Shown: positions 33,069 to 45,261 of the stretch, piece after piece
Position numbering within the stretch: position 1 is the stretch's first letter
Layout: every line of letters begins with the position of its first letter
Made by a program: the position numbers and the translations under genes
Notes under the pieces: model-generated
What the model saw: the letters and a program-made list of their open reading frames with translations, nothing else
Database searches by the model: none
What the model was told of the DNA's origin: nothing
Assembly (NCBI GenBank): GCA_963829525.1
Contig: CAWHIJ010000003.1
Span: 2,336,001-2,400,000, forward strand
Source: an uncultured Actinomycetota bacterium
GTDB lineage: Bacteria; Actinomycetota; Actinomycetes; JAHEKZ01
Reading direction: 5' to 3'
Length of the DNA stretch: 64,000 nucleotides

Positions 33069-33926
33069 CAGCGAGATCCGCGTCGAGCCGAGACAAACCG
33101 GTCGCGGCCTGCCAGATCGGCATGGTCAGTGACGTCAAGCCATGAGCCGGCCACAGTGAAGATCTGCGGCACAGACTCCCCCTGGAGGTCGCCGTGCTCG
33201 GCCACGACCCAACCGCCCGGCCTAAGCAAGCGCTTCGCTGACTGCTCGACAAGCCGCGTGTGGGAGAGGCCATCAGGACCGGAGTAGAGCGCCATGGCTG
33301 GATCGAACCGGGCTACCTCGGGGTCGCGCGGGATGCAGTCGTTGGGGATGTAGGGAGGGTTGGCTACGACCACGTCGACCTGGCCGGTCAGCTCTGGAAG
33401 ACAATCTTCGATGTCGGCCAGGTGCGGCGTGAAGCCGTGGGTGCGGGCGTTGCGCTCAAGCCAAGGACCGGCCCCAGGATCGCGTTCAACCGCATGCACC
33501 TGAGCCCCCGGCGCCTCGACGGTGACCGCAGCTGCCATCGTGCCGGCGCCCGCACAGAGGTCGACAACAACCGGATGTGGGAGATCTAGCGCTGCGAGCA
33601 GATCAAGAGCGTGGCCCACGACCACCTCGGTCTCGGGCCGAGGCGAGAAGACGCCGGGCCCGACTGCCAGGGTCACAGTGCGGAAGTGCGCCCACCCGGT
33701 CAGGTGCTGGAGGGGGATTCGCTCAGCCCGGCGTGCGACGAGGTCGTCGAACCCCGCGGGCGCGGCAACATCGAGATGGTTCCAGAGACCACCCCGACCA
33801 ACTCCGAGGAGGTGGGACGCGAGCAGCTCTGCGTCAACCGCGAGGAGACCGAACCCCGCACTCAGCCAGATGCAGCTCTGCCGCTCGGAGCGCATCCCGC
33901 AGAGACCGGCCCTGACCTGCCGGCAA
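33068..33926 (-). CDS. prmC: Release factor glutamine methyltransferase (apparent +1 indel near 33840; start approximate)
   Basis: PLQHLTG, VFSPRPETE, DLCAGAG, NPPY; the N-terminal LRDALRAAELHLAECGVRSPR is in the shifted frame. Confidence 0.9.
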
Positions 33927-33947
33927 GGGCGGAGGTCCTGATGCTGG

Positions 33948-35021
33948 TCACGTGGCGCCACCGGACAGCTCAGCCTCACGGTCTGCTTGCTTGCATGCGT
34001 CAATGACCGCAGAGAGGTCTCCGTCAAGAACCTGATCGAGGTTGTACGCCTTGAACCCAACCCGGTGGTCAGAAATGCGGTTCTCCGCGAAGTTGTAGGT
34101 GCGGATTCGCTCCGATCGATCGACCGTGCGCACCTGAGAGCGGCGTGCGGCTGACGCTTCGGCGTCGGCAGCCTCCTGCTTTTCGGCGAGAATTCGCGCC
34201 CGCAGGATTCGCAACGCCTGCTCCCGGTTCTGCAGCTGAGATTTCTCGTTTTGGCAGCTGACGACAATTCCTGTGGGCAGGTGGGTGATCCGGACGGCTG
34301 AATCGGTGGTGTTCACGCTCTGACCGCCGGGGCCGCTGCTGCGATACACGTCGATCCGGAGATCGTTGGGGTCGACGTCAACTTCGACATCCTCGGCCTC
34401 CGGAAGAACCAGGACCCCAGCGGCGCTTGTGTGGATGCGACCCTGGCTTTCGGTCACCGGCACCCTCTGCACGCGGTGTACTCCGCCTTCGTATTTCAAA
34501 CTAGCCCAGACACCTTCACCAGGCACTGGTGCTCCCTTTGCTTTGATGGCGACCGAGACGTCCTTATAGCCACCGAGGTCTGACTCTTGTGCATCGAGAA
34601 CCTCGGCCTTCCACCCCTGCCGCTCGGCAAATCGTAGGTACATCCGCAGCAAGTCACCAGCGAAGAGGGCGGACTCGTCACCCCCCTCACCTGCTTTGAC
34701 TTCGAGGATGACGTCCTTGTCGTCGTCGGGATCACGAGGCAGTAGGAGCTCGGTGAGCCGGTCGGCCAACGCGGCCTGCTCGGCGTCGAGCCGATCAGCC
34801 TCTTCCGCGAAGGCATCGTCATCAGCGGCGAGCTCACGGGCGGCATTGGCGTCACCGCCAACGGTCTTCCATCGCTGATACGCCGAGACAATCGGACCCA
34901 GCTCGGCATAGCGGCGTCCAACGGTGCGGGCGCGTCCAGCGTCTGCATGCACGCTCGGGTCAGCGAGCTGCCGCTCCAGATCGGCGTACTCGGCGACGAG
35001 CACGTCGATCTGGTTGAACAT
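33948..35021 (-). CDS. prfA: Peptide chain release factor 1
   Basis: QRVPVTE (PxT), GPGGQSVN. Confidence 0.97.
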   Translation of the reverse strand: MFNQIDVLVAEYADLERQLADPSVHADAGRARTVGRRYAELGPIVSAYQRWKTVGGDANAARELAADDDAFAEEADRLDAEQAALADRLTELLLPRDPDDDKDVILEVKAGEGGDESALFAGDLLRMYLRFAERQGWKAEVLDAQESDLGGYKDVSVAIKAKGAPVPGEGVWASLKYEGGVHRVQRVPVTESQGRIHTSAAGVLVLPEAEDVEVDVDPNDLRIDVYRSSGPGGQSVNTTDSAVRITHLPTGIVVSCQNEKSQLQNREQALRILRARILAEKQEAADAEASAARRSQVRTVDRSERIRTYNFAENRISDHRVGFKAYNLDQVLDGDLSAVIDACKQADREAELSGGAT

Positions 35022-35064
35022 GGTCACTCCTGGCGTAGCCGTAAGGATGGGGCAGAAACAACGA

Positions 35065-35096
35065 CGACGCCGCAGGCCATGAGGCCTACGGCGTCG
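35065..35096 (-). terminator. Intrinsic terminator after rpmE
   Basis: 14-bp stem CGACGCCGUAGGCC/GGCCUGCGGCGUCG followed by UCGUUGUUUCU on the minus strand. Confidence 0.7.
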
Positions 35097-35105
35097 ATCG
35101 CGAAG

Positions 35106-35312
35106 CTACTTCTTGCCGTACCGCTTCTCGAAGCGGGCGACTCGCCCTCCGGTGTCAAGGATGCGCTGCTTGCCGGTGTAGAAGGGGTGGCACTGCGAGC
35201 ACGTCTCGGCATGGATCGAGCCGTTCTCGGCGGTGCTACGGGTCACGAACGTCGAGCCGCAGGTGCAGGTGACCTCGGTCGGCACGTAGGTGGGGTGGAT
35301 ATCGGGCTTCAT
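35106..35312 (-). CDS. rpmE: 50S ribosomal protein L31 (Zn-binding form)
   Basis: [23 protein letters not shown]. Confidence 0.97.
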   Translation of the reverse strand: MKPDIHPTYVPTEVTCTCGSTFVTRSTAENGSIHAETCSQCHPFYTGKQRILDTGGRVARFEKRYGKK

Positions 35313-35333
35313 CGCTTCTCCTCGTTCAGGGCG

Positions 35334-35371
35334 CCGGGTCGATCAGGCCAGGTGGCCACGTCGTGAACCGG
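35334..35371 (-). ncRNA. Putative actinobacterial L31 ribosomal-protein leader
   Basis: CCGGUUCACG...UCGACCCGG stem between a CACAAT -10 (35383-35388) and the rpmE RBS. Confidence 0.55.
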
Positions 35372-35431
35372 ATCCGCAAGAGATTGTGCCACTCAATGTG
35401 GCGCCGGCCCAAACGCAGACTCGGCCAGCAG

Positions 35432-35457
35432 CATTCCCGCCTCCTTCGGCGGGGATG
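35432..35457 (-). terminator. Hairpin downstream of rho
   Basis: cattcccgcc / ggcggggatg near-perfect inverted repeat about 15 nt after the rho stop. Confidence 0.45.
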
Positions 35458-35472
35458 GTCAAGAACAAGCCG

Positions 35473-37173
35473 TTAGTCGGCGTCCCCGCTCAGCATCGCA
35501 CCGGGCGTGGTCTTCTGAACCTGAAGGAGGAACTCGGTATTGCTGGTGGTCTCCTTCAGCTTCGAGAGCAACAGTTCAAGGGACTGCTGTGACTCGAGCG
35601 CATGCAGGACGCGTCGGAGACTCCAGACGACCTTGAGCTCGTCGGCAGCCAACAGCAGCTCTTCCTTGCGAGTTCCCGACGCATCGACGTCCACTGCCGG
35701 GAAGACCCGCTTGTCCGCGAGCCTGCGGTCGAGCTTGAGCTCCATGTTTCCGGTGCCTTTGAACTCCTCGAAGATGACCTCGTCCATCTTGGACCCGGTC
35801 TCGACCAGGGCCGTGGCGAGGATCGTCAGCGATCCACCGTTCTCGATGTTGCGAGCAGCACCGAAGAAGCGCTTGGGCGGGTAGAGGGCCGACGAGTCGA
35901 CTCCACCAGACAGGATTCGCCCTGATGCCGGTGCGGACAAGTTGTAGGCACGTCCGAGCCGGGTCATCGAGTCCAGCAGCACAACCACGTCGTGACCGAG
36001 CTCGACAAGACGCTTGGCACGCTCAATCGCCAATTCGGCAACCGTGGTGTGGTCGTCGGCCGGGCGGTCGAAGGTCGAGGCAATGACCTCGCCCTTGACG
36101 GTGCGCTGCATATCAGTGACCTCTTCAGGCCGCTCATCCACCAGCACCACCATCAGGTGCACCTCTGGGTTGTTGGTGGTGATCGCATTGGCGATCGCCT
36201 GCAGGACCATCGTCTTTCCCGCCTTGGGCGGGGAGACGATCAGCCCGCGCTGCCCTTTGCCGATCGGCGCCACAAGGTCGATGACGCGGGTTGTCAACAG
36301 ACCCGGCTCAGTCTCCAAGCGAAGTCGGTCCTGAGGGTAGAGCGGAGTCAGCTTGTTGAAGTCCGGTCGCTCCTTGGCCTTGTCTGCTTCGCCACCATTG
36401 ATGGTGTCGAGTCGGACCAGGGCGTTGAACTTCTCACGACGCTCGCCGTCCTTTGGCTGGCGTACCGCGCCGGTGACAGCGTCACCGCGACGGAGCCCGT
36501 AGCGACGCACCTGGGAGAGTGAGATGTACACGTCGTTGGAACCGGGCAGGTAGCCCGACGTCCGAACAAAGGCGTAGCTGTCGAGGACGTCGACGATGCC
36601 GGCAACCGGAACGAGGACGTCGTCAGGACTGACCTGCGGCTCCCCCTCTGCGAAACGGTCCCGAGTGCCGCGCTCGCGGTAGCGGTCACGGTCACGACCA
36701 CGCCGCCGACGTCTACTGCTGCGGCTGCCCTCGTAGTTGTCGCGGTCGCCCCTGTCAGTGCGGTCCTTGGACTGCTCCGGCTGGTTTGTCTTCGCGGGAC
36801 GTTCACGTGTGGACTCGTCCCGGCCGGGTTGGGTCTTGGCTTTCGTCGCTGGAGGACGGGTGGCGTCCCCGTTCTTCGAAGAACCGTCCGTCTCGTCCGC
36901 TGCCGCCGGCCGTGCGACTGTCTTCGGCTTGCGGGCTGGTGCCCGGCTGCCCTTGTCGGCTTCGGTGGAGGCGCTACGGGCTGGAGCAGACTGCCCCTGC
37001 TTTTCACGAATCGCCTCGATCAGCTCACCCTTACGCATGCGGGTGGTGCCGGTGATGCCCAAGCCAGACGCGACGGTCTGCAGCTCGGCAAGGACCATGC
37101 CGGACAGCGCGGGACTCTTGCGACGAGTGGTCGCGCCGTCTGTGGCTGGCATGGTGTCGGTGGTGTCGCTCAC
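35473..37173 (-). CDS. rho: Transcription termination factor Rho with actinobacterial N-terminal insertion
   Basis: [36 protein letters not shown]. Confidence 0.97.
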   Translation of the reverse strand: MSDTTDTMPATDGATTRRKSPALSGMVLAELQTVASGLGITGTTRMRKGELIEAIREKQGQSAPARSASTEADKGSRAPARKPKTVARPAAADETDGSSKNGDATRPPATKAKTQPGRDESTRERPAKTNQPEQSKDRTDRGDRDNYEGSRSSRRRRRGRDRDRYRERGTRDRFAEGEPQVSPDDVLVPVAGIVDVLDSYAFVRTSGYLPGSNDVYISLSQVRRYGLRRGDAVTGAVRQPKDGERREKFNALVRLDTINGGEADKAKERPDFNKLTPLYPQDRLRLETEPGLLTTRVIDLVAPIGKGQRGLIVSPPKAGKTMVLQAIANAITTNNPEVHLMVVLVDERPEEVTDMQRTVKGEVIASTFDRPADDHTTVAELAIERAKRLVELGHDVVVLLDSMTRLGRAYNLSAPASGRILSGGVDSSALYPPKRFFGAARNIENGGSLTILATALVETGSKMDEVIFEEFKGTGNMELKLDRRLADKRVFPAVDVDASGTRKEELLLAADELKVVWSLRRVLHALESQQSLELLLSKLKETTSNTEFLLQVQKTTPGAMLSGDAD

Positions 37174-37533
37174 GCGATGTCCTTCCAAATGTTCCGGTGC
37201 GTCGGAAGTGACGCCGGAGGGGATCCTGGCGCGTCGTTCGGCGTCAGGAGGTGGAGCGTCGCCGGAGTCAGAGAGGCCGGCGGAGACCGGTACCGGAGTG
37301 AAGGAATCCCAGTTGCTGAGCGATCAGATGGGAACTTGAGTGAACCAACTTCTGAACGCAACAGCTTCCATCAAAAAGCATCAGGATCTGAGATGAGGAA
37401 GACACTCGGGATACCCGGTGTGTTGCCACCGTAACACCTCGCGTGACCCCGATGTTCCCGGGGGGTCTAGATCTCTATCGGCGTGTCGCCGCGCCACCTG
37501 AACCCCACAACCCCCGGTGATGCCGGTGACGGG

Positions 37534-38445
37534 TCAAAGAGGCAGGATTTCGACGCCCTGACGGTCGGCCTCGAGCTCGACGATCTGCCACCCTCGACGA
37601 GTCTGCGCGATGAGGTCGGGTGCTGTGGTCCGGTTGGTGAGCGCCAGGACCGTTGGTCCCGCACCAGACACGACGGCGGGTACCCCCGCGGCCCTTAGCT
37701 CGTCGACGAGCGCAAGCGTGCGCGGCATGACGGTGCGGCGGTACTCCTGGTGCAGGAAGTCTTCTGTGGCCACCATGAGCAGGTCGGGGCGATCGGTGAT
37801 CGCACGCCCCAGAAGAGCCGCGCGGGCACTGTTGAGAGCGGCATCCCCATGCGGCACAACGTCCGGAAGTGCTTTGCGCGCCTTGGTGGTCCGCAGTTCG
37901 GTAGCAGGGATGAAAGCAACGGGAAGCAGCTCGGGGTCCGGGTTCGACCTGAGCACACCCACCTCTCCCCCGTCAGTCCAAGCCACGGTGAATCCCCCGT
38001 GGACCGTGGCTGCGACGTTGTCAGGATGACCCTCCATCTCAGTGGCCACCGCCAGTAGCCGCTCGTCGTCGAACCGGTCATCGCCTCCCACTGTCAGAGC
38101 GCGCGCGGCAGCCAGTCCGCCGACGATGGCAGCCGATGACGACCCCAGTCCGCGCCCGTGGGGGATGCGGTTCAGGCAGCGCACCTCAAGGCCACGTGGG
38201 CGACCTCCCATCCGGTCGAAAGCGGTGTTCATCGCCTTGATCACCAGGTTGCGTGAGTCCTTGCGGACCTTGTCGGCACCCTCACCAGCAACGTCCAGGT
38301 CAAGCCCGTCCTCGCCGACCCGCACAACAATTTCGTCGTGAAGGGATAGCGCCAGGCCGAAGGAGTCGTACCCAGGCCCGAGGTTGGCGCTTGTGGCCGG
38401 GACCCGCACCCGCAATGTCGCGGCCCGGAACATCGGGGCCGCCAC
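37534..38445 (-). CDS. thrB: Homoserine kinase
   Basis: PATSANLGPGYD, PHGRGLGSS, EGHPDN, SGAGPT. Confidence 0.96.
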   Translation of the reverse strand: MAAPMFRAATLRVRVPATSANLGPGYDSFGLALSLHDEIVVRVGEDGLDLDVAGEGADKVRKDSRNLVIKAMNTAFDRMGGRPRGLEVRCLNRIPHGRGLGSSSAAIVGGLAAARALTVGGDDRFDDERLLAVATEMEGHPDNVAATVHGGFTVAWTDGGEVGVLRSNPDPELLPVAFIPATELRTTKARKALPDVVPHGDAALNSARAALLGRAITDRPDLLMVATEDFLHQEYRRTVMPRTLALVDELRAAGVPAVVSGAGPTVLALTNRTTAPDLIAQTRRGWQIVELEADRQGVEILPL

Positions 38446-39527
38446 TAGTCGGTCAGCCCCAGCAGGGAAGCAGCAGCGCGCGCGTCGTTTTCGACTGTCA
38501 CCGGCTGCGGAGCGCCAGCGATCGCCCAGTCGGGATCCTTCAGACCGTGACCGGTGACGGTACACACCACCCTCTGCCCTGCATCGAGCAAACCAGCGTC
38601 CGACTTCTTGAGCAGGCCAGCCACGCCTGACGCCGACGCCGGTTCGACAAAGACGCCCTCCTGCGAAGAGAGCAGTCGATATGCGGAGAGGATCTCGCGA
38701 TCGGTCACGGCGTCAATCAGGCCAGCGGACTCGTCGCGTGCCTCGAGGGCGTACTGCCACGAAGCAGGGTTGCCGATCCTGATCGCTGTGGCGACCGTCG
38801 ACGGCTTCGGCACCACCTCGCCACGGACGATCGGTGCAGCCCCTGCCGCCTGAAAGCCCCACATGCGTGGGCGGTGGGAGGCCATCGCATCGTCGGCGTA
38901 CTCGCGGTAGCCCCTCCAGTAGGCGGTGATGTTGCCCGCGTTCCCAACCGGGAGCGCGTGGATGTCTGGCGCATCCCCCAACTGATCGACAATCTCAAAT
39001 GCGGCCGTCTTCTGTCCTTCGATCCGCGCCGGGTTCACGCTGTTGACCAGGGCAACCGGATACTGCTCGGAAAGCTCGCGTGCCAACGTCAGGCAGTCGT
39101 CGAAGTTGCCATCGACCTGAATCAGGCGGGCGCCGTGGGCCAGGGCCTGGCTCAGCTTGCCGAGCGCGATCTTGCCCTGGGGGACGAGCACAGCGCAAAC
39201 CATCCCGGCGCGGACGGCGTAGGCAGCAGCACTGGCACTGGTGTTGCCCGTCGATGCACAGATTACGGCGCGGGCGCCTTCTTCGGCCGCCTTCGAGATC
39301 GCCATCGTCATACCGCGGTCCTTGAAGGAGCCGGTGGGGTTGGCGCCTTCGACCTTCAGCCACACCTCGCAGCCGGTCCGCTCGGAGACAACGTGGGCGC
39401 GCACCAACGGCGTGCCACCCTCTCTCAGCGAGACCACCGGTGTCGCGTCACTGACGGGCAGTCGCTCGCGGTACTCGTCGATGATTCCGCGCCACTGCTG
39501 GGTCCTTTGTGTCAACACAGTGCTCAC
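38445..39527 (-). CDS. thrC: Threonine synthase
   Basis: [28 protein letters not shown]. Confidence 0.96.
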   Translation of the reverse strand: MSTVLTQRTQQWRGIIDEYRERLPVSDATPVVSLREGGTPLVRAHVVSERTGCEVWLKVEGANPTGSFKDRGMTMAISKAAEEGARAVICASTGNTSASAAAYAVRAGMVCAVLVPQGKIALGKLSQALAHGARLIQVDGNFDDCLTLARELSEQYPVALVNSVNPARIEGQKTAAFEIVDQLGDAPDIHALPVGNAGNITAYWRGYREYADDAMASHRPRMWGFQAAGAAPIVRGEVVPKPSTVATAIRIGNPASWQYALEARDESAGLIDAVTDREILSAYRLLSSQEGVFVEPASASGVAGLLKKSDAGLLDAGQRVVCTVTGHGLKDPDWAIAGAPQPVTVENDARAAASLLGLTD

Positions 39528-40819
39528 TCTCCCACCACCCGCATGATCGACGTGATCCGCCGGACCGAGTCAAGACCCTGGAGGCTCTTGCACGTCTCCG
39601 CCAGCTGCTTCTCCTGAGCCTCATGCGTGACGATCTCCAGGCTGGCGTCTTCCCCGTGCCCCTCTTGTCGCAGCGTCTCGATGCTCACGTCGTGCTCGGC
39701 GAACACCGCGGCCACGGAGGCCAGGACGCCTGCCTTGTCGGTGAGGTCGAGTGCGATGTAGTAGCGCGTCAACGACTCGTCCACCGACAGGACCGGGAGA
39801 GCTGCGTACGTCGACTCGCGCGGGCCGTGTCCACCGCTGATGCGGTTGCGGGCAACCGCGACGATATCTCCGACCACCGCGCTTGCAGTAGGTGCTCCAC
39901 CGGCACCGGGACCGTAGAACATCAGCTGACCGGCGGCGTCCGACTCGACGAAGACCGCGTTGTAGGCATCACGGACCGCAGCAAGAGGGTGATGGCGCGG
40001 GACCATCGCTGGGTGTACCCGAACGTTGATGCCGCGGCCGTCAACAGATCGCTCGGCAACCGCAAGCAGCTTGACGACGTGCCCGGAGTCCCTCGCCGCC
40101 GAGACGACATCGGCCGTGACGGCCGAGATGCCCTCGCAGTAGACGTCGGCCAGCGTGACCCGCGAGTGGAAGGCCAGGCTGGCGATGATGGCAGCTTTGG
40201 CAGCCGCGTCATGCCCCTCGACATCGGCAGAGGGGTCCGGCTTCTCCGCATATCCGAGCTCTTGCGCCTCTGCCAGCGCGTCGTCGAAGGAGGCGCCGCT
40301 TTCGTCCATCTGCGTGAGGATGAAGTTGGTCGTTCCGTTCACGATTCCCAGGACCCGTTGCACACGGTCACCGGCCAACGACTCGCGCAGTGGTCGCAGC
40401 AGCGGGATGGCGCCCGCAACGCTCGCCTCGAAGTAGAGGTCGAGGCCAGCAGCGTCGCAGGCCTCGTGAAGCTCGGCACCATGCTGGGCCAGCAGTGCCT
40501 TGTTGCCTGTGACGACGCTCGCACCTGAGGCGAAGGCGTCCAGGATGAGCTGCCGGGCGGGGTTGATCCCACCCATGAGCTCCACAACGATGTCGGCGCC
40601 GCGGCCGGTGACAAGTTCCTGGAGGTCGTCGGTGACCAAAGCAGGGTCGATCCAGGGGCCGCGGTCGACCCCGGTACGTCGAACGCCGACGCCGACCAGT
40701 TCGAGGGGAGCGCCAATGCGGGCCGTGAGGTCGGGAGCCTGCTCCACGAGCAGGCGCGCGACCTCCGAGCCGACGATACCGGCGCCGAGCAGCGCAATCT
40801 TGAGCGGCTCAGCGCTCAT
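39524..40819 (-). CDS. hom: Homoserine dehydrogenase
   Basis: [25 protein letters not shown]-terminal ACT domain. Confidence 0.96.
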   Translation of the reverse strand: MSAEPLKIALLGAGIVGSEVARLLVEQAPDLTARIGAPLELVGVGVRRTGVDRGPWIDPALVTDDLQELVTGRGADIVVELMGGINPARQLILDAFASGASVVTGNKALLAQHGAELHEACDAAGLDLYFEASVAGAIPLLRPLRESLAGDRVQRVLGIVNGTTNFILTQMDESGASFDDALAEAQELGYAEKPDPSADVEGHDAAAKAAIIASLAFHSRVTLADVYCEGISAVTADVVSAARDSGHVVKLLAVAERSVDGRGINVRVHPAMVPRHHPLAAVRDAYNAVFVESDAAGQLMFYGPGAGGAPTASAVVGDIVAVARNRISGGHGPRESTYAALPVLSVDESLTRYYIALDLTDKAGVLASVAAVFAEHDVSIETLRQEGHGEDASLEIVTHEAQEKQLAETCKSLQGLDSVRRITSIMRVVGE

Positions 40820-40870
40820 CAATCCTCCCGTCGGTCGACTCCGGTTGTGACCCAGAGCGTTCCCGAGCAG

Positions 40871-41254
40871 CTATGCATCGCCCTCGGGAGCTTGCAGGTC
40901 AAGCCTCCCATGAGCGACGACACAGAACTCATGCCCCTCTGGGTCAGCCATCGTCTGCCACTCCACCCCATGGGCCGCCACCGGAGCACCGAGCCGTCTG
41001 GCTCCCAGGGACTCCAGCAGTCGGACGTGGTTGGCCGCATCGGCTGGATGGACGTCGAGGTGCATGCGGTTCTTCCCGCTGCGCTCCTCGGGTACCGGCT
41101 GCAAGATCAGGATCGGACCCTCCGGTTCACCCTCGGCTGGAGCCAAAATGCGGTAACCGTCAGCCCGGTCGACCAGCCGGTAGCCGAGCGCCGCTTCCCA
41201 GAAGGGCACCAGGACATCGGGTTCCAGACAGTCCAGCACGACCGACACTCGCAT
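40871..41254 (-). CDS. VOC/glyoxalase-like family protein
   Basis: FWEAALGY, KNRMHLDV, ADPEGHEFCV; own TAGGGT -10. Confidence 0.88.
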   Translation of the reverse strand: MRVSVVLDCLEPDVLVPFWEAALGYRLVDRADGYRILAPAEGEPEGPILILQPVPEERSGKNRMHLDVHPADAANHVRLLESLGARRLGAPVAAHGVEWQTMADPEGHEFCVVAHGRLDLQAPEGDA

Positions 41255-41279
41255 GGGACCACCCTAGGCGCGTCTGAAC

Positions 41280-42681
41280 TCACGCGCCCGTGTCGAGAGC
41301 CAGAAGGTCGTCGACGGTTTCGCGGCGAATGAGCACCCGTGGTTCGCACGATGCCGACACCGCGACTACCGGAGGGCGACCAAGAAGGTTGTAGGTGGAC
41401 GCCATGCTTCGGCAGTAAGCGCCGGTAGCAGCCACCGCGAGCAGATCGTCGGCCCGCACATCGTCGGGTAGCCAGGCGTCGCGCACCACGATGTCGCCGC
41501 TCTCACAGTGCTTGCCGACGACCCTGGCCAACATCGGTGCGGCGTCGGAGTGCCGATCGGCCACAACCACCGTGTAGTCGGCGTCGTAGAGCGCCGTGCG
41601 CGGGTTGTCGCTCATCCCGCCGTCGACGCTGACGTAAGTCCGTGACGCCCCGGCGTCCAGCGCCACTTGCTTAACGGTGCCGACTTCGTAGACCGTCACC
41701 ATGCTGGGACCGACAAGTGCGCGGCCAGGCTCAACGGCAAGCCGTGGCACCGAAAGCTCGAGAGGCCCGGCACTCACGCTCGACGATCGCGTGCAAGCTG
41801 ATCGCGACGTCCTTGGTTTCGGCGGGGTCATCTGAAGGGACATAGGCGATGCCGAGGCCGCCTCCGAGGTTGAGCTCGGGAAGCTCGATGCCGTGACGCG
41901 CTCGCACGTCGGCCAGCAGTTCGACGGCTCGGTGGGCTGCCACCTCGAAGCCCGATGTATCGAAGATCTGTGAGCCAATGTGGGAGTGCACGCCGACCAG
42001 GTCAAGCGATGGTTGCAAGAGCACGAGCTCGATAGCCCGAGCCGCGGAACCAGACGCGAGCTGAGAAACCGAACTTCTGGTCTTCGTGGGCCGTGGCAAT
42101 GAACTCGTGAGTGTGCGCCTCGACGCCCACCGTCACTCGCACCAGTACTCGTTGCCGAACGCCGGCCTCCTCTGCACACCGTGCCAGTCGGCGGATCTCC
42201 TCTGTCGAGTCGATGACGACCCGCCCAACACCCAGCCCAACGGCGCGGGTCAGCTCTTCGACGGACTTGTTGTTCCCATGGAAGAGCACCCGCTCCATCG
42301 GGAAGTCGGCGCGCTCGGCGACTGCCAGCTCTCCCCCGGTCGCGACATCGAGACCCAGCCCCTCCTCCGCCACCCACCTGAGGAGCTCGACGCTGGTGAA
42401 CGCTTTGCTCGCGTAGTAGACGTCCGTGCCCGTGAACGCATCGGCGTAGGCACGGGCCCGCCCACGGAAGTCTTCCTCATCGAGCAGAAAGACCGGAGTA
42501 CCGAAGGACCTCGTGAGGTCGGAAACCAGGTGGCCGTGCAACTCGAGCTCGCCTGAGTCATCCCGCCGTGCACCGGCTGGCCAACGTGGCCACTGAGCGC
42601 GTTGAGGTTGGCCGGTGGTGCCGCGTGCACGGTGTCGCTGACGAGATCGCCGTGCCGAGGGCCGGCGGGATGGGCGCGCAT
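41280..42681 (-). CDS. lysA: Diaminopimelate decarboxylase (three apparent indels near 42583, 42061, 41763)
   Basis: [35 protein letters not shown] spread over four ORF pieces; joined about 466 aa. Confidence 0.92.
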
Positions 42682-42772
42682 GGGTGAAGCTCCTTGCGGT
42701 GAGGGCGATCAGTTCGGGCCGGCGAAGTGACGAGCCTAGTGCGACGGGACAGCCCGACCGAGGGTCGTCCCC

Positions 42773-43156
42773 CTAGTCGCCAGGCCCATCCAGCAGTCCA
42801 TTCGCCGCTAGTTTCTCGTAGCCGCGTCGCGTCAAGGTCTCGAGCTGACCAAAGAGCTTGGCGTCAACTGCGGTGAAGTTGAAGCAGCTCTTTCCCTGCA
42901 TGCGCTTGAGCAACTCTGGCGAGAGGTCATCGACTAGCTCAGGGAAGGTGTACAGCGCCATGAGGTAGTAGCTGACGTACCGCTTACCCAGTTTCGCGGA
43001 ACCGAAGTAGCCCGGGTAGCCGTCCTTTGGCCGCCGCCAGTGCGTGTTGAGTCCGTACTCGACGTCAGTGTCAGCGATGACTTCCATTTCCGGTGCATAC
43101 GGCTCGAGAATGGCCCGCAATCCGGCGAATGTCGCAGGGAAGTCCTTCTCTGCCAT
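42773..43156 (-). CDS. DUF1801/YdhG-like protein
   Basis: KRYVSYYLM...RMQGKSCFNF; GGAGGA RBS. Confidence 0.75.
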   Translation of the reverse strand: MAEKDFPATFAGLRAILEPYAPEMEVIADTDVEYGLNTHWRRPKDGYPGYFGSAKLGKRYVSYYLMALYTFPELVDDLSPELLKRMQGKSCFNFTAVDAKLFGQLETLTRRGYEKLAANGLLDGPGD

Positions 43157-43173
43157 GAGGTCCTCCGTTCGAC

Positions 43174-43368
43174 TCAGCCAGGGTTGAAGATGCTGTGCGA
43201 GTCGTGGAAGTGCAAGACGTACCGACACCCACGACATATGTAGAGAGTCATCCGGTGGCTGGTCAAACCCCAGCGGCCGTTCTGGCGCGACTCCTGCATC
43301 TCGAAGTCGACGCAATCGCAGACCGGGCACTTCAGCCGGATCTGCCCACTCTCGTCCTTCATTCCCAT
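43174..43368 (-). CDS. Small zinc-ribbon protein (64 aa)
   Basis: CPVC...CRGC; TAAGTT -10 lies 7 nt before ATG 43368. Confidence 0.7.
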   Translation of the reverse strand: MGMKDESGQIRLKCPVCDCVDFEMQESRQNGRWGLTSHRMTLYICRGCRYVLHFHDSHSIFNPG

Positions 43369-43446
43369 GCAGTGGAACTTAGCCGCCGAACCCCATGGGC
43401 CGCGCCAACAGTCGCGAAACCGCGTTTCACCAACGATCTCGAAGTT

Positions 43447-43505
43447 TGGCGGATTCTGCACCGAAACGGGCCTGGTTTGACGCCGGATCGGTGCGAAATC
43501 CTCCA
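43447..43505. repeat. REP-like imperfect palindrome
   Basis: tggcggattctgcaccga (43447-43464) / tcggtgcgaaatcctcca (43488-43505), 15/18 complementary. Confidence 0.55.
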
Positions 43506-43551
43506 GAAGAGGGAGGTGCGGTGATTCGCCAAGGACGTAGGTCGCGGGTGC

Positions 43552-45219
43552 CTACATACGTTCGGGCGCTGTAACGCCGAGGAGTCCGAGCCCGTTCGCC
43601 AGCACCTGACGTGTTGCCGCACACAGAACAAGGCGCGCTCCGTGCGTCGGCGTCGGCTCCTCATCGCCACGGGGCAGGACGCGACAGGAGTCGTAAAACC
43701 TGTGATATGCGTTCGCCAGCTCTTCGAGATAGCGCGCCACCCGGTGCGGCTCGCGCAGCTCTGCGGCACTTGTCACGACCCGGGGGAACTCGCCTAGCGA
43801 TCCGAGCAGGTCCCCCTCTCGGTCGTGCAAGAGCAACGACGGGTCAAAGCCACCCACGTCAACTGCTAGCCCGACGTCTGCCGCGTTGCGAAGCAGCGAT
43901 GAGATGCGCGCGTGCGCGTACTGGACGTAGAACACCGGGTTGTCGTTGGTCTGCTTGACCAACAGGTCCAGGTCGAGTGTCAGCGGCGAGTCCACCGGGT
44001 ACCGGCAGAGCGTGTACCTGGCCGCATCGACGCCCACTTCGTCGACGAGGTCCTCCAGCGTGACGATGTCACCCTTGCGTTTGGAGAGGCGGACTTCTTG
44101 GCCCCCGCGGTACATCTTGACGAGCTGTCCGATCAACACTTCGATCGAGTAGTTCGGGTCGTCACCAGCGCAGGCCGCGATGGCGCGCAGCCGGTTCACG
44201 TATCCGTGGTGGTCGGCACCGAGGAGGTAGATGTTGATGTCGAAGCCGCGCACGCGCTTGTCGAGGTAGTAGGCCGAGTCGGAGGCGAAGTAGGTGGTAC
44301 CTCCGTCGTTCTTGATTAGGACTCGATCTTTGTCGTCATCGAAGTCCGTCGTTCGGAGCCACAAGGCGCCGTCCTGTTCGTAGACGTGACCCTGCTCCCT
44401 TAGTGTCGCGAGACCTCGCTCTACAGCGCCTGACTCGTAGAGCGACCGCTCTGAGTACCAGACATCGAACTCGGTGCGGAACAGGGCGAGCACGTCCTGC
44501 TGCTGCTTCAGTTGGAGCACGTATCCCGCCTCCCGGAACACGACGAGTTGCTCGTCATCCGGCAGATCCAGGTACTCCGGGTGAGCGGCCACGATCGCTG
44601 CTGCGAGATCGGTGATGTACCCGCCGTGATAGCCATCCTCGGGCGCTCGGCGTCCATTCGCTGCCTCGCGGAGTGACTCTCCGAAGCGATCCATCTGGAC
44701 GCCGCGGTCATTGATATAGAACTCCCGGGCTACCTCTGCACCAGCCGCCTCAAGGACCCGAGCGATGGCATCTCCCACCGCCGCCCAACGGGTATGCCCG
44801 AGGTGTAGCGGGCCGTTCGGGTTTGCGCTGATGAACTCGACGTTGACCCGAACTCCCGACATCGTTGTCACCAGGCCGTACTGCGCGCCTTGGCCCACGA
44901 TGGTGCGCGCGAGCTCGCCCTGGGCAGCGGCGTCAAGGGTGATGTTGAGGAAGCCTGGGCCGGCGATATCCACGCTGGCGATGCCCGGCAAAGCCGTGAT
45001 CCGCTCAGCCAGCACCGTCGCAACCTCGCGCGGTGGCCGACCTGCAGCCTTCGCCAACTGGAGGGCGACGTTCGTGGCGTAGTCCCCGTGCTCGGCCGAG
45101 CGGGGCCGTTCGATGGTGACACTCGTCAGTCGTCGTTCTGCTGGGACAGCCAGCTCTCCAGAAGCCAGGGCTGCGTCCAGAACCGACAGGAGAGCAGACG
45201 AGAGTTCGGCGGGAGTCAC
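43552..45219 (-). CDS. argS: Arginine--tRNA ligase
   Basis: [41 protein letters not shown]. Confidence 0.97.
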   Translation of the reverse strand: MTPAELSSALLSVLDAALASGELAVPAERRLTSVTIERPRSAEHGDYATNVALQLAKAAGRPPREVATVLAERITALPGIASVDIAGPGFLNITLDAAAQGELARTIVGQGAQYGLVTTMSGVRVNVEFISANPNGPLHLGHTRWAAVGDAIARVLEAAGAEVAREFYINDRGVQMDRFGESLREAANGRRAPEDGYHGGYITDLAAAIVAAHPEYLDLPDDEQLVVFREAGYVLQLKQQQDVLALFRTEFDVWYSERSLYESGAVERGLATLREQGHVYEQDGALWLRTTDFDDDKDRVLIKNDGGTTYFASDSAYYLDKRVRGFDINIYLLGADHHGYVNRLRAIAACAGDDPNYSIEVLIGQLVKMYRGGQEVRLSKRKGDIVTLEDLVDEVGVDAARYTLCRYPVDSPLTLDLDLLVKQTNDNPVFYVQYAHARISSLLRNAADVGLAVDVGGFDPSLLLHDREGDLLGSLGEFPRVVTSAAELREPHRVARYLEELANAYHRFYDSCRVLPRGDEEPTPTHGARLVLCAATRQVLANGLGLLGVTAPERM

Positions 45220-45261
45220 TGCTCCAGGGTAGTGATACAGCCAAACGTTAGGAGGAGGACC

